From assembly GCA_965207065.1 (NCBI GenBank), contig OZ242260.1, forward strand, positions 1,824,001 through 1,888,000: DNA of 64,000 nucleotides. The letters run 5' to 3'. The position numbers and the translations under genes were made by a program. Origin of the DNA: a bacterium (lineage in GTDB: Bacteria; UBA8248). A model generated the notes under the pieces. That model saw only the letters and a list, made by a program, of their open reading frames with translations, was not told the DNA's origin and did no database searches. Shown here piece by piece: positions 19,849 through 29,393 of this stretch (its first letter is position 1; the number at the start of each line of letters is the position of its first letter).

Positions 19849-21702
19849 ATGCGCATGGAAAAGCTTGGTATCGACGGCGTCTGGCTGGCGTTCCAGATGT
19901 GGATCGTTTTCTACCCGCAGGCTCCGCTGGTCGAGCGGCCCATCCACCTGCTTCTGGCGCTGGCGCTCGTCCTGCTCTTTAATCCGCTGAAAAAAACAGG
20001 CGCTCAGGCATGGCGCAATCACCTGATGGACGGTCTGCTGCTCGTCGGCACGGCGGCTGTTTTCGTCTATTACGCCCTCTCATCGACCCGCCTCACCGAA
20101 CGCATGGAGACCATCGACCCGGTCCTCGCCGTGGACGTGGCGGCCTTCGCGGCGATCATGGTGTTGTTGTTCGAGGGGGTGCGCCGCACGGTGGGCTGGC
20201 CGCTTCTGGGCGTTCTGCTCGTATTTTTCGCCTATGCGTTCGTCGGCAAGATGCTGCCCGGCGCACTCGGCTTCCGGGGTTTCACGATTGACGAAGTGGT
20301 CGAGATCATGACCATGACGACCAACGGCGTGCTGGGGATCACGACGGCGACATCTCTTCAGTTCGTCTTCTACTTCGTTTTCTTCGGTGCGGTTTACTCA
20401 GGGATAGGCGGCGGGCAGTTGTTCATCGACCTCTCGCTCAAGGTGGCGGGACGCTTCGCCGGAGGCGCTGCGAAGGCCGCCGTCGTGAGTTCGAGCCTGA
20501 TGGGTTCGATCAGCGGCAGCGCGGTGGCGAACGTGGCGACGACGGGCGTCTTCACCATCCCGCTGATGCGAAAGACCGGCTACGGGCCAGCGCACGCGGG
20601 CGCGGTGGAGGCGATCGCTTCCACAGGCGGCCAGCTCATGCCGCCCATCATGGGCATCGCCGCGTTCGTGATGGCGGAGTTGCTGCAGATATCCTACGCG
20701 CGCATCGCAGTGGCGGGACTCATCCCGGCACTCGCGTTCTACGCCGCCATCTTCATCTTCATCGACCTGCGGGCACGGGCCGAGGGCGCGCTCGCGCTCG
20801 GAGCGAGCGAACTGACACCCGAGGAACCCATCGCGGGAAGGCTCTATCTTCTTCTTCCGCCGCTTGCGCTGATCGCCATGCTGGTCGCGGGCTTTTCGGC
20901 CACCTACGCCGCCGTCATCGGTACGGCTTCGTGCGCCGTGGTCGCATACTTTCGCCGCAGGAGCTGGCTGAGCCTCGCAGGATGGGCCGAGGTGGTGCGA
21001 AACGGTGCGCGACAGGCCGCGGAAATCGCCGTGCCCATCGCCGCCATCGGGATCATCATCGCCGTCGCCATTCAATCGAACCTGGCGCTCAAATTCTCCT
21101 CCGGCCTCATCGGCGCATCGGGCGGAAAGCTGTTTTTCGCCATGTTCCTGATCATCATCGGCTGCCTCATCATGGGGATGGGCCTGCCGACGGTCGCCGC
21201 CTACATCATCGGAGCGATTCTGTTCGCGCCTGCGCTCAAGGATTTAGGCATAGCCGAGCTTCCCGCCCATTTCTTCGTCATGTACTACTGCGTGCTCTCG
21301 ATGGTGACGCCCCCGGTGGCGCTGGCGTCATTCACCGCTGCGGGAATTTCAGGAGCGGGCTCAATGGAGACGAGCCTCATCGCCTTTCGCCTGAGCCTCG
21401 TTTCGTTCCTGATACCCTTCGCCTTCGCGTTCGACCCGAGGCTGCTGGGGCAGGGCGATTTGGGCTGGGTCGCCCTTGCGTGCGTTTCGCTGTTCTGCGC
21501 GACGGGCGCCTGGGCGGTGGCGCTCAGCGGATATCTCAAAGGCCCTTTGCGTCTCCCCGAGCGCGCGATTTATGGAGTGGTAGCCGTGGCCGTCATACTG
21601 TTCCCCACTGGCGGGGTCGCGTGGGCGGCTGCTTTCACGGGGTTGCTCGTGCTGGCGGCTTGGGGAATATGGCTTGGACCCCGCCTGCGGGCTGCTGGAT
21701 GA
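19849..21702 (+). CDS. TRAP transporter 4TM/12TM fused permease
   Basis: GSISGSAVANVATTG, EAIASTGGQLMPPIMG, GMGLPT, VTPPVALA. Confidence 0.92.
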   Translation: MRMEKLGIDGVWLAFQMWIVFYPQAPLVERPIHLLLALALVLLFNPLKKTGAQAWRNHLMDGLLLVGTAAVFVYYALSSTRLTERMETIDPVLAVDVAAFAAIMVLLFEGVRRTVGWPLLGVLLVFFAYAFVGKMLPGALGFRGFTIDEVVEIMTMTTNGVLGITTATSLQFVFYFVFFGAVYSGIGGGQLFIDLSLKVAGRFAGGAAKAAVVSSSLMGSISGSAVANVATTGVFTIPLMRKTGYGPAHAGAVEAIASTGGQLMPPIMGIAAFVMAELLQISYARIAVAGLIPALAFYAAIFIFIDLRARAEGALALGASELTPEEPIAGRLYLLLPPLALIAMLVAGFSATYAAVIGTASCAVVAYFRRRSWLSLAGWAEVVRNGARQAAEIAVPIAAIGIIIAVAIQSNLALKFSSGLIGASGGKLFFAMFLIIIGCLIMGMGLPTVAAYIIGAILFAPALKDLGIAELPAHFFVMYYCVLSMVTPPVALASFTAAGISGAGSMETSLIAFRLSLVSFLIPFAFAFDPRLLGQGDLGWVALACVSLFCATGAWAVALSGYLKGPLRLPERAIYGVVAVAVILFPTGGVAWAAAFTGLLVLAAWGIWLGPRLRAAG

Positions 21703-21746
21703 GAGGATACTATGGATAGCAAGGCCCTTTATGGAGGTTCAATAAG

Positions 21747-22577
21747 ATGAAAGGGGGTTTGTCTCACCATAGAACGCATTGCGGAAATCCCTTCCCGGTG
21801 GTGTGGCTTCGTTTCGCAGCGATTTGTCTGTTGTTGCCTTTGGCCTGGAGCGTATTGTTGAGCACGCAAGCCTGGGGCGCAGCTCCGGCTCCGATGGTCG
21901 TGCGGGCGGACTCCCTTAATCCTTCCGGGTTTTCCGAGGCGGTCTTTCTAGGCCACCGGATACTCGCGAGAGAAAGCAAGGACTTGCTCCTTGATGAGAA
22001 GCGGCGGCGCGAACTCGCCCGCGAGATTGAGGGAGTGCTCAAGCGGGTGAGATACGCGTACCCCGAAATTGCAAAGATTACCGTTCGTGCGGCCCATGTG
22101 CCCGGAGTGCTTCTCTTGGGCGTGAAGCCTGATTTGTTTAAAGCAGTCGCCGGTCTCCTTGAGGGTAAAAACGGACCCGTCGAGTTGCGCACCGGAAATC
22201 CCGCCTTCGACGCCTTGAACGTGAAACTTAAGTTGAAGGCCGTACGGCCATACCGCCACACGGGCGTTCTCGTCATGCGCCTGAGCGAGGATCTGAACGT
22301 CAAAGCGGCGCGTAGCGCATACCTGAAGATAGCGGGAGTAGCATACGCAGAAGCCGATGCGCACCTGGGGGACGGATCGGACATCGAAGCATCGAAAACG
22401 GGCAATGTATGGTATCTCGTCGTCCGCAAGGCGTGGGGGGATTGCCCCGCCGGCTGCATCTACAAGAAGTTGTTTTTCTTCACCGTGAAGGGTGAGGATG
22501 TCGAGCGCGTCGAACCCTCTAATGCGATGGAGATGCCCGAATTCGAGAAAATCCTCGAAACGAGAAAGTGGCGTTGA
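21747..22577 (+). CDS. Hypothetical exported protein with WGDCPAGC motif
   Basis: RBS GGAGG upstream; hydrophobic N-terminal segment ending AWG/A; no family recognised. Confidence 0.6.
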   Translation: MKGGLSHHRTHCGNPFPVVWLRFAAICLLLPLAWSVLLSTQAWGAAPAPMVVRADSLNPSGFSEAVFLGHRILARESKDLLLDEKRRRELAREIEGVLKRVRYAYPEIAKITVRAAHVPGVLLLGVKPDLFKAVAGLLEGKNGPVELRTGNPAFDALNVKLKLKAVRPYRHTGVLVMRLSEDLNVKAARSAYLKIAGVAYAEADAHLGDGSDIEASKTGNVWYLVVRKAWGDCPAGCIYKKLFFFTVKGEDVERVEPSNAMEMPEFEKILETRKWR

Positions 22578-22704
22578 CGCTGTGCGCGCGGGATGAGAGG
22601 CTCACCCCCGCTTCCGGTGAAAAATATAATTTTGCATGATGCGAACAGGGTAGCAGGGTCATTATCCACCTGTCGAGAGACACACACGAGGAGGAACCAG
22701 AACA

Positions 22705-23082
22705 ATGAACATCGCATACGTTTTCGCCACCGACATGTCGGCCACCTACAAGCTGGGCACCATGATCCTGCCGCAACTCGAAGCCGGCAACCACGGTGTG
22801 AACGTCGTCGGCATGTTTTTCTTCGACGACAACCTGTTCTGCCTGCGCGAGGGCGACGAGGTGGGCGAGCGCCTGGCCAAGGTCGCCGCGGAGCAGAACA
22901 TCCTCCTCATGGTCTGCGATCAGTGCGCCGTGCGGCGCAACCTCGCCGAGGGCACGTTCGAACAATGCGGGTCGGGCGACGTCAAGGCGAAGGGCCTGGT
23001 GGCCGGCGTGGGTGCAGGCTGCTTCCCGCAACTCTACGCCGCACTCGCCCCCGCCGCGCCCGACCTCGTCATTACGCTGTAG
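22705..23082 (+). CDS. DsrE-related protein (SaoD/DsrE family)
   Basis: MILPQLE, VVGMFFFDDN, CDQCA, GCFPQLY; strong RBS GAGGAGG. Confidence 0.75.
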   Translation: MNIAYVFATDMSATYKLGTMILPQLEAGNHGVNVVGMFFFDDNLFCLREGDEVGERLAKVAAEQNILLMVCDQCAVRRNLAEGTFEQCGSGDVKAKGLVAGVGAGCFPQLYAALAPAAPDLVITL

Positions 23083-23132
23083 GAATTCTGCGGATTCGAT
23101 CGTTTATTTGTTTGTCGATTTTTGTGTTTCCG

Positions 23133-23160
23133 GTAGGGACAGGTCGCGACCTGTCCCTAC
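23133..23160. repeat. GTAG-type REP palindrome
   Basis: Perfect 28-bp palindrome GTAGGGACAGGTCGCGACCTGTCCCTAC; core recurs at about 41400-41420. Confidence 0.85.
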
Positions 23161-23188
23161 TGCCCCCACCTTGTAGAACACTAACCAA

Positions 23189-23445
23189 CCACTCCCCCCT
23201 TGAGGGTCGGCCTTTCCTCCTCGGGAAGGCCGACGAGGAAGCCGAGCGCTTTGTGCGAAGGCTGATGCGGTGGGGGGTAAAATGCATTTTATCACCATTC
23301 CGAATTATACCCCCCACCGATTCGGTTTCGGGTTTTCACCCTCACCTCATCGTCGGTCTACCCGAGGAGGATAGACCGACCCTCAAGGGGGGAGTGATTC
23401 TTCCTCTTTTATCAGTCGCCAATGACCTTCAAGGGGGGAATGATT
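23189..23445. repeat. Nested palindromic intergenic element, family B copy 1
   Basis: CACTCCCCCCTTGAGGG ... CCCTCAAGGGGGGAGTG arms with internal GGTGGGGGGT / ACCCCCCACC; reverse-complement copy at 51690-51910. Confidence 0.85.
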
Positions 23446-23490
23446 GCAATGTCTGCGTTTTTTCGAAACGCCCCGAGATGGAAGTGAATC

Positions 23491-24312
23491 TCAAGCGGAT
23501 TCGAGCACGCAATAGGAGTGCAGCCCCGTCCACTCGGCGAGCGCCGGAGCGTTTTCGGGCGCATAGCGCATGCACACGTCCAGCATGGCGCCCGAGCGGA
23601 TGATCTTGAGCTTGTTTCCCTCCTCGAACGCGAAGAGATCGTCAAAGCCCGTCACCCATTTCGCCCCGAAGTTGGTTTCGAAATAATCCGAGGTCGCCGT
23701 CATCGTCTCGTTCCCGGAGGTGCGGTGGATGATTTTTCCCGAGAAATAATCAAAGGCGACGATGAGGCTTGGGATTCGCGCGCGCAGCCTGTCCAGAAAG
23801 TCATGGATGAGATTTGCCGGCAGGTACATGGTGTTCCCCTCCCAGATGAACAGGGTCTGCGCCTCCAGGTCGAAGCCCGCCTGGCCGAGTTCTCCGGGGA
23901 GGTCGATTTCCAGGTAATTGCCGTGAACCGTGTCGCAGGGCGCGACGCCGTGCTCTTCAAGAACATTCCGCTTGAACTCGAGAACTCCAGGCTGGTCGAC
24001 GTCGTAGAAGCTGACGCCGGGGGCACGAAAAATTTGCGAGCGCATGTCGAAGCCGGCACCCAGCGTAACGACTTGCTTCACGCCGTCCGCTATCGCGCGC
24101 TCCAGCGTCTCGTTCATGATGCACACGCGGTAGCGCGCCGTCTCCCGGACAGCCGGAAAGGTGCGAATGAGTTCGCGGAACTTCGCCGTCGCCTCCTCGT
24201 CGATGAACCATCCCGCGTAGGGGTCTTCGAACAGCGGACGCGCCTCGTCTTTTTCCATCTGCCGGACGCATGCGGGGAAAAAGGCCGTGGAGCCGACCTC
24301 GTTGATTTTCAC
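23491..24312 (-). CDS. Class I SAM-dependent methyltransferase (LCM/TIGR00027-like), paralog 3
   Basis: LFEDPYA, VTLGAGFDMR, DVDQP, IWEGNTMYL; GTG start at 24312 inferred by alignment to the paralogs. Confidence 0.88.
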   Translation of the reverse strand: MKINEVGSTAFFPACVRQMEKDEARPLFEDPYAGWFIDEEATAKFRELIRTFPAVRETARYRVCIMNETLERAIADGVKQVVTLGAGFDMRSQIFRAPGVSFYDVDQPGVLEFKRNVLEEHGVAPCDTVHGNYLEIDLPGELGQAGFDLEAQTLFIWEGNTMYLPANLIHDFLDRLRARIPSLIVAFDYFSGKIIHRTSGNETMTATSDYFETNFGAKWVTGFDDLFAFEEGNKLKIIRSGAMLDVCMRYAPENAPALAEWTGLHSYCVLESA

Positions 24313-24317
24313 GGGAC

Positions 24318-25160
24318 TCAGGACGCTTTGAGCACGCAGTAGGAATAGAGTTTCAACAAGTCGGCCGCCACGTCCATGTACTCTTTTACAGCCGCCACGG
24401 ACTGCGGCGCGCGTCGCTCGCCGACTTCCATCAGGCTTGCGGATTCGTGCACTTCGAAGCCGTGTTTTTCCGTGAGGACGGAGAGGTCGTCGAAACCCGT
24501 CAGCCATTTCACATTGAAGTTGTTTTCAAAAAAATCCGTGACTTCGGTGATTCTCTCATCGCCGGACGTGCGGTTGATGATCTTTTCGGAGAAATAATCG
24601 AATGCGATGGTCATACGAGGGACCTGCGCGCGCATTCGAGCGAGAAAATCGTGGATCAGGTCGACCGGCAGATACATGGTGTTGCCTTCCCATATGAAGA
24701 GTATGGGCGCTTCGAGGTCTAAGCCCGCTTTTTTCAGTTCCCGGGGCAGGTCGGCTTCCAGGTAATTGCACTCGATTCCGGCGCAGGGCGTGACGCCGCC
24801 TGCTTCCAGGACCTTGTTCTTGAACTGCAGTACCGCCGGCTGGTCGACGTCGCAGAACCTGACGTCTTCTGTCTGATAGATGTGGGCGCGCATATCGAAA
24901 CCCGCGCCGAGCGAGACGATCTGCTTCATGCCGTCCGCGATGCCGCGCTCGACGACCTCGCTCATGACGCACACCCGGAAACGAACCAGTTCCAGCGAGG
25001 GCGGGAAAACCCTTATCTGCTCCTGAACCTTCTCCTCAATCGCTTCGTTGACGAACAGCGCCGCATAGGGGTCGTCGAACAGCTTGTGTTCCTGATTTTT
25101 TTCCATCGCCCGCATACAGGAAATGACGAACGCGGTTGCGCCGATTTCGTTGATGTCCAT
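24318..25160 (-). CDS. Class I SAM-dependent methyltransferase (LCM/TIGR00027-like), paralog 2
   Basis: LFDDPYA, VSLGAGFDMR, DVDQP, IWEGNTMYL. Confidence 0.9.
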   Translation of the reverse strand: MDINEIGATAFVISCMRAMEKNQEHKLFDDPYAALFVNEAIEEKVQEQIRVFPPSLELVRFRVCVMSEVVERGIADGMKQIVSLGAGFDMRAHIYQTEDVRFCDVDQPAVLQFKNKVLEAGGVTPCAGIECNYLEADLPRELKKAGLDLEAPILFIWEGNTMYLPVDLIHDFLARMRAQVPRMTIAFDYFSEKIINRTSGDERITEVTDFFENNFNVKWLTGFDDLSVLTEKHGFEVHESASLMEVGERRAPQSVAAVKEYMDVAADLLKLYSYCVLKAS

Positions 25161-25165
25161 AGAAC

Positions 25166-26011
25166 TCAGGACGCCTTGAGCACGCAGTAGGAGTAGAGTT
25201 TCAACAGGTCGGCCGTCAGTTCCATAAACTCGTTCATTTGCTCCACGGATTCGGGCGCACGGCGCTCGCCGACTTCAATGACGTTTGCGGATGAGACCAC
25301 TTCGAAGCCGTGCTTTTCCCGGAACACGGAGAGGTCGTCGAAGCCGGTCACCCATTTCGCCCCGAAGTTGCTTTCGAAAAGGTCGGTGAATTCGCTGATT
25401 CTCTCGTCACCGGTCGTGCGGTTGACCACCTTTTCTGAGAGATAATCGAAGGCGATGGTCAAGCCCGAGATGCGCGCGCGCAACCGGCTCAGAAAATTAT
25501 GGATCAGGTCGAGCGGCAGGTACATGGTGTTGCCTTCCCATATGAACAGGATGGGGGCTTCCAGGTCGAAGCCCGCTCGGCTGAGTTCCACGGGCAGGTC
25601 GACTTCCAGGTAATTGCATTCGATTCCGGCACAGGGCGTGACGCCGCCTGCTTCGAGAACCTTGTTCTTGAACTGAAGCACCGCCGGTTGATCGACGTCG
25701 CAGAACCGGACGCCGTCGGTTTGATAAATCTGGGCGCGCATGTCGAAGCCCGCGCCGAGCGAGACGATCTGCTTCACGCCTTCTTCGATCCCGCGCTCGA
25801 CGATTTCGCTCATGGCGCAAACCCGGTAGCGAACCAAATCTCTCACGGGCGGAAAAATCCGTATCTGCTCCCGTACCTTCTCCTCGATCGCCTCGTTGGC
25901 GAACAGCGCCGCGTAGGGGTCGTCGAACAGTTTGTGTTCTTCGTCTTTTTCCATCGCGCGGATGGAGGATACGAAAAATGCGGTCGAGCCGATTTCGTTG
26001 ATGATATCCAC
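25166..26011 (-). CDS. Class I SAM-dependent methyltransferase (LCM/TIGR00027-like), paralog 1
   Basis: Same motifs as the paralogs; GTG start with GAGGAG RBS. Confidence 0.9.
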   Translation of the reverse strand: MDIINEIGSTAFFVSSIRAMEKDEEHKLFDDPYAALFANEAIEEKVREQIRIFPPVRDLVRYRVCAMSEIVERGIEEGVKQIVSLGAGFDMRAQIYQTDGVRFCDVDQPAVLQFKNKVLEAGGVTPCAGIECNYLEVDLPVELSRAGFDLEAPILFIWEGNTMYLPLDLIHNFLSRLRARISGLTIAFDYLSEKVVNRTTGDERISEFTDLFESNFGAKWVTGFDDLSVFREKHGFEVVSSANVIEVGERRAPESVEQMNEFMELTADLLKLYSYCVLKAS

Positions 26012-26195
26012 AGCCGTGGCTCCTCTGAATTGGGTCTGTCACACCATTCCCGGGAAAAGAGAAGGCGCGCCTCGTTTAGTCCTCACTGGTCTTGGTTTGA
26101 CAGGACGGGATAATAGCGAAGTGCGGCGGTGGTGGGCAATGAAAAAATGGTGGTCAGATGCCCGCGCCGCGCCCCGGAGAATGTCGAGGCTCTCC

Positions 26196-26621
26196 TCAGT
26201 CGACAACCGCGATCGCGTTGACCTCCACGAGGCACCTGGGGTCGGTGGCGAGGCGCACGACCTGCAGCGTGGTGGAGGCGGGGCGATGCTCACCAAAATA
26301 CTCTTTTCGGATGCCCCCTGCCTCCTCGGCGCCCTCCATCGTCGTCGAGAAGAACTGGAAGAATACGATGTCCTGGAACGTGCCGCCCACGGCATCGAGG
26401 CTTTTCTTCAGGTTCTCGAGCGCCATGCGCGTCTGGGTGGGCAAGTCGCCTGGCAGCGTGTCGAACTCCTCGGGCCTGTGGGGATGGTGATGATAGGGCG
26501 GGGCCGCGGTGACCCCTGCGAAATAGACGGTCGTCCCGCCGCTCGCCTTGATGGCCATCGAGTAGGGTGTCCAGACGTCGAGCCTGTCGGGCCAATCCAC
26601 ACATTCGATTTGCTTCGGCAT
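26196..26621 (-). CDS. RidA/YjgF/UK114 family protein
   Basis: YSMAI, VYFAG, QTRMALENL, RPAST, LVEVNAIA. Confidence 0.88.
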   Translation of the reverse strand: MPKQIECVDWPDRLDVWTPYSMAIKASGGTTVYFAGVTAAPPYHHHPHRPEEFDTLPGDLPTQTRMALENLKKSLDAVGGTFQDIVFFQFFSTTMEGAEEAGGIRKEYFGEHRPASTTLQVVRLATDPRCLVEVNAIAVVD

Positions 26622-26950
26622 CTTGGGTCTCCTTCAGGAAAAAAGTCGAAAGCCGGGCTTATTCGCGGCAATTAAAATCAGGTTAGAAAATCAATGCAAG
26701 TGGAGTGCTCCCTGATCTCGGATTTGCACTTGTCGAATCGATGATTCTATTTTGAATACAGGTCATTCGTCACCTTGCTCCCGGGATCGATTCTCCTTAA
26801 CCTGCAGATGGTGAAATACACACTGGATGACGATTCCCTCCGATTGAAGGCTTGCAGGTTCGGTTGAATTTCGTGCAGAACGTGATTTGAAAGGTGGTAG
26901 AGAGGGAAGTGCGGCTGGATATACGGTGTTGACTTTGGCGCAGAGGAGAA

Positions 26951-27352
26951 ATGAAGAAGATGGCGATTGTCGGCGCATTTCATCATGTCCATATGATCAG
27001 CAGGGATCCCGACAGGGTAGCCGATTGGTTCGAGCGCTTCTTCGGGAGTGAGATAGTGGCCGAGCAGTTTCCGGCCGGGGCGCGCAACCTCGTCCTCCGG
27101 GTGGGGGAAGGGACGCTCAGCGTGCGCACCCCCCGGCCCTCGGATGGACTCACGGAAGCGGACGGCCCTCGCCCCAAGGGGTACGGAATCCATCACTTCT
27201 GCTTCGTCGTAGATGACCTGCAAGGATTACTTGCGGACATGCGCGCCAACGGGGTGACGAATATCCAGGAGATGCCCGTCCACGTGAGCGGCAAGTTCGC
27301 CGCCTTCATCGAAGGCCCCGAAGAAATGCCCATCGAGCTCATTCAGGCCTGA
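26951..27352 (+). CDS. VOC/glyoxalase family protein
   Basis: FHHVH, GIHHFCFVVDDL, FIEGPE..IELIQ. Confidence 0.88.
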   Translation: MKKMAIVGAFHHVHMISRDPDRVADWFERFFGSEIVAEQFPAGARNLVLRVGEGTLSVRTPRPSDGLTEADGPRPKGYGIHHFCFVVDDLQGLLADMRANGVTNIQEMPVHVSGKFAAFIEGPEEMPIELIQA

Positions 27353-27414
27353 CCCGGGCGGCCGGGAGTAAACGTTTCCGAAGACCGTCTCGCCCTGAGC
27401 TGTTTTTCGGGGCG

Positions 27415-28608
27415 CTATTCGGCCGGCAGGCCGGTGATGCGCGAGCTTATCTTGATCCGGAATATGTGGTTGTTCCCGGCGCCGTGGAGGAACGAGATTA
27501 CGTCGCGCAGGTATTTCTCGACGGGGCATTCGCGCATGTAGCCCACGCCGCCGTGCACCTCGAGCGCCAGGCGGCAGACATCATACGCCGCTTCCGAACA
27601 AACCACCTTGGTGAGCCACGACATTTTCGGGTCGTAGTCCTCGGCGTAATCCACCGCCCATGAGGTCCGCCAGAGGACGGAGCGCGCCATCTCCAGCTTC
27701 GTGTACATCTCCCCGATCATCTGGGCGACGGCCTGATGCCCCCCGATGGGTTTTCCGCCCTGCACCCTCTCCTGCGAGTAGCGCACGGCTTCTTCGAAGG
27801 CGGCCCGGCCCGAGCCGAGCACGGTCGCTCCGTAGCCGCCCCTTCCCCGCGCGATGCGGCTGGTGCGCAGCGACTCGGCCTGGCCCTCTTCTTCCCCGAG
27901 CCGGTTGCGGGCGGGGACCTCGGCGTTCTCGAAGACGAGCGTGGCGTTGCTCAGGAGGCGGCGGCCCATCTTGTCGTGGATCTGCCCGATGCTTAAGCCC
28001 GGCGTGTCCGCGGGGACGAGAAAAGGCGTCATGCCCTTCAAGCCCCCCTGCGTCCTGTCGGTGCGCGTGTAGACGATGTAGAGCTTTGCTGTTCCACCGT
28101 TGCTGATGAAGCGCTTGACGCCGCTCAGCCGGTAGACGTCGCCCTCGCGCTCGGCGCGCATCTGCACGCCTGCGCCGGGAGCAGCGTAGGGCAGGACGTG
28201 ATCCGTACCGGCGTCGGGCTCGGTGATGCACGTCGCCAGATGGAAGCGGTGATCCGAGACGAACGCCGGGAGGAAGCGTTCTTTCTGCTCGTCGTTCGTC
28301 CAGTGCTCGATGATGGGGGTGAACTTCCAGGTCTGATCGAAGGTGGCGGCCACGCCGAGATCACCCGCTCCGAGTTCCTCGCCAACGATGGAGAGGGTGA
28401 GCATGTCGGCTCCGCCGCCGCGCTCATCAGACAGCGCCAGCGTGCGGAGGCCGAGCTTGGAACCCTCCTCGACCACTTCGGTGGGGATGCAGTCCAGCGG
28501 GTCCGGGTTCCGGTCATACTCGGCGGCGATGGGTTTCACGTGGCGGTTGACGTAATCGCGCGCGAGTTGCTGCAGCGCCTTTTGTTCATCGGTCAGGGAA
28601 AAATCCAT
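27415..28608 (-). CDS. Acyl-CoA dehydrogenase family protein
   Basis: MDFSLTDEQ, ITEPDAGTD, GVKRFISNG, QERVQGGKPI, HGGVGY..VEKYLRD. Confidence 0.92.
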   Translation of the reverse strand: MDFSLTDEQKALQQLARDYVNRHVKPIAAEYDRNPDPLDCIPTEVVEEGSKLGLRTLALSDERGGGADMLTLSIVGEELGAGDLGVAATFDQTWKFTPIIEHWTNDEQKERFLPAFVSDHRFHLATCITEPDAGTDHVLPYAAPGAGVQMRAEREGDVYRLSGVKRFISNGGTAKLYIVYTRTDRTQGGLKGMTPFLVPADTPGLSIGQIHDKMGRRLLSNATLVFENAEVPARNRLGEEEGQAESLRTSRIARGRGGYGATVLGSGRAAFEEAVRYSQERVQGGKPIGGHQAVAQMIGEMYTKLEMARSVLWRTSWAVDYAEDYDPKMSWLTKVVCSEAAYDVCRLALEVHGGVGYMRECPVEKYLRDVISFLHGAGNNHIFRIKISSRITGLPAE

Positions 28609-28617
28609 CGGCGCTCC

Positions 28618-29391
28618 TCAATCGTTTCCGGCGATGAAGCCTTCGCGCACCTTGGGCATTGTGACCGCGAGGTCGAGAATCGGCAGTCCGTGAGAGGGCG
28701 CGACGACGGCGACGTCGAGTTCTTCGATCAGTTCCTCCAGGCGGTCCGAATAGATGTTCATGTCGGCGAAACGCGTCCAGAACAGCGCCCGCTCGGCGAA
28801 CACGCCTAGGACTTCCGCCAGATCGAGTGAGTCGGCCTCTTCCGCGATCTTTCCGCAGTGGCCGTCCCAGTGGTAGTGGCTGTAGGCGAAGCCGTCCCCT
28901 GGAAAGAGGGCGCGCGCGCCGGTGTCGAACCCCCAGAGCGAAGTGCGCAAGTCGCGGATGACGGGCTCGACGGCGATGAAGCGCCTGTCGCCCAGGTCGA
29001 TCTCATCGCCGATCTCCATCTGCCGCATCCTGTCCGCATGCTCGGGGTAGGAGAGATGGTAGTCGCTCACGTCGCAGTGGACCGTCATCTCGGGATAGGC
29101 TTCGAGCAGCCTGCCCAGCCCGCCAGCGTGGGGCGTTTCCTGGTGGGAGAGGAACAGGTATTTGAGCGTGGAGCCGCGCTCGGCCAGAATTTCGCTCACC
29201 TGTTGTGAGACGACGGGGAAATCCCCCTGGTGGCCCGTTTCGACGAGTATCGAACCTTCAGAACCGATGAGGAGGAAGGCTGCGTTGTAGCTGTGGTAAA
29301 TCTTTCCCTTGTGGTGCTGTTCGTGGCAGATGCCGAGCCAGAAGATGCCGAGAGCGATTTCGCGCGGTAGGGGATTTTCGTGGGGGTTCAT
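28618..29391 (-). CDS. MBL-fold protein resembling the flavodiiron/ODP N-terminal domain
   Basis: YNAAFLL, LVETG, SHQETPH, IDLGDR, FPGDGF, APSHG; no flavodoxin domain. Confidence 0.75.
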   Translation of the reverse strand: MNPHENPLPREIALGIFWLGICHEQHHKGKIYHSYNAAFLLIGSEGSILVETGHQGDFPVVSQQVSEILAERGSTLKYLFLSHQETPHAGGLGRLLEAYPEMTVHCDVSDYHLSYPEHADRMRQMEIGDEIDLGDRRFIAVEPVIRDLRTSLWGFDTGARALFPGDGFAYSHYHWDGHCGKIAEEADSLDLAEVLGVFAERALFWTRFADMNIYSDRLEELIEELDVAVVAPSHGLPILDLAVTMPKVREGFIAGND

Positions 29392-29393
29392 GA

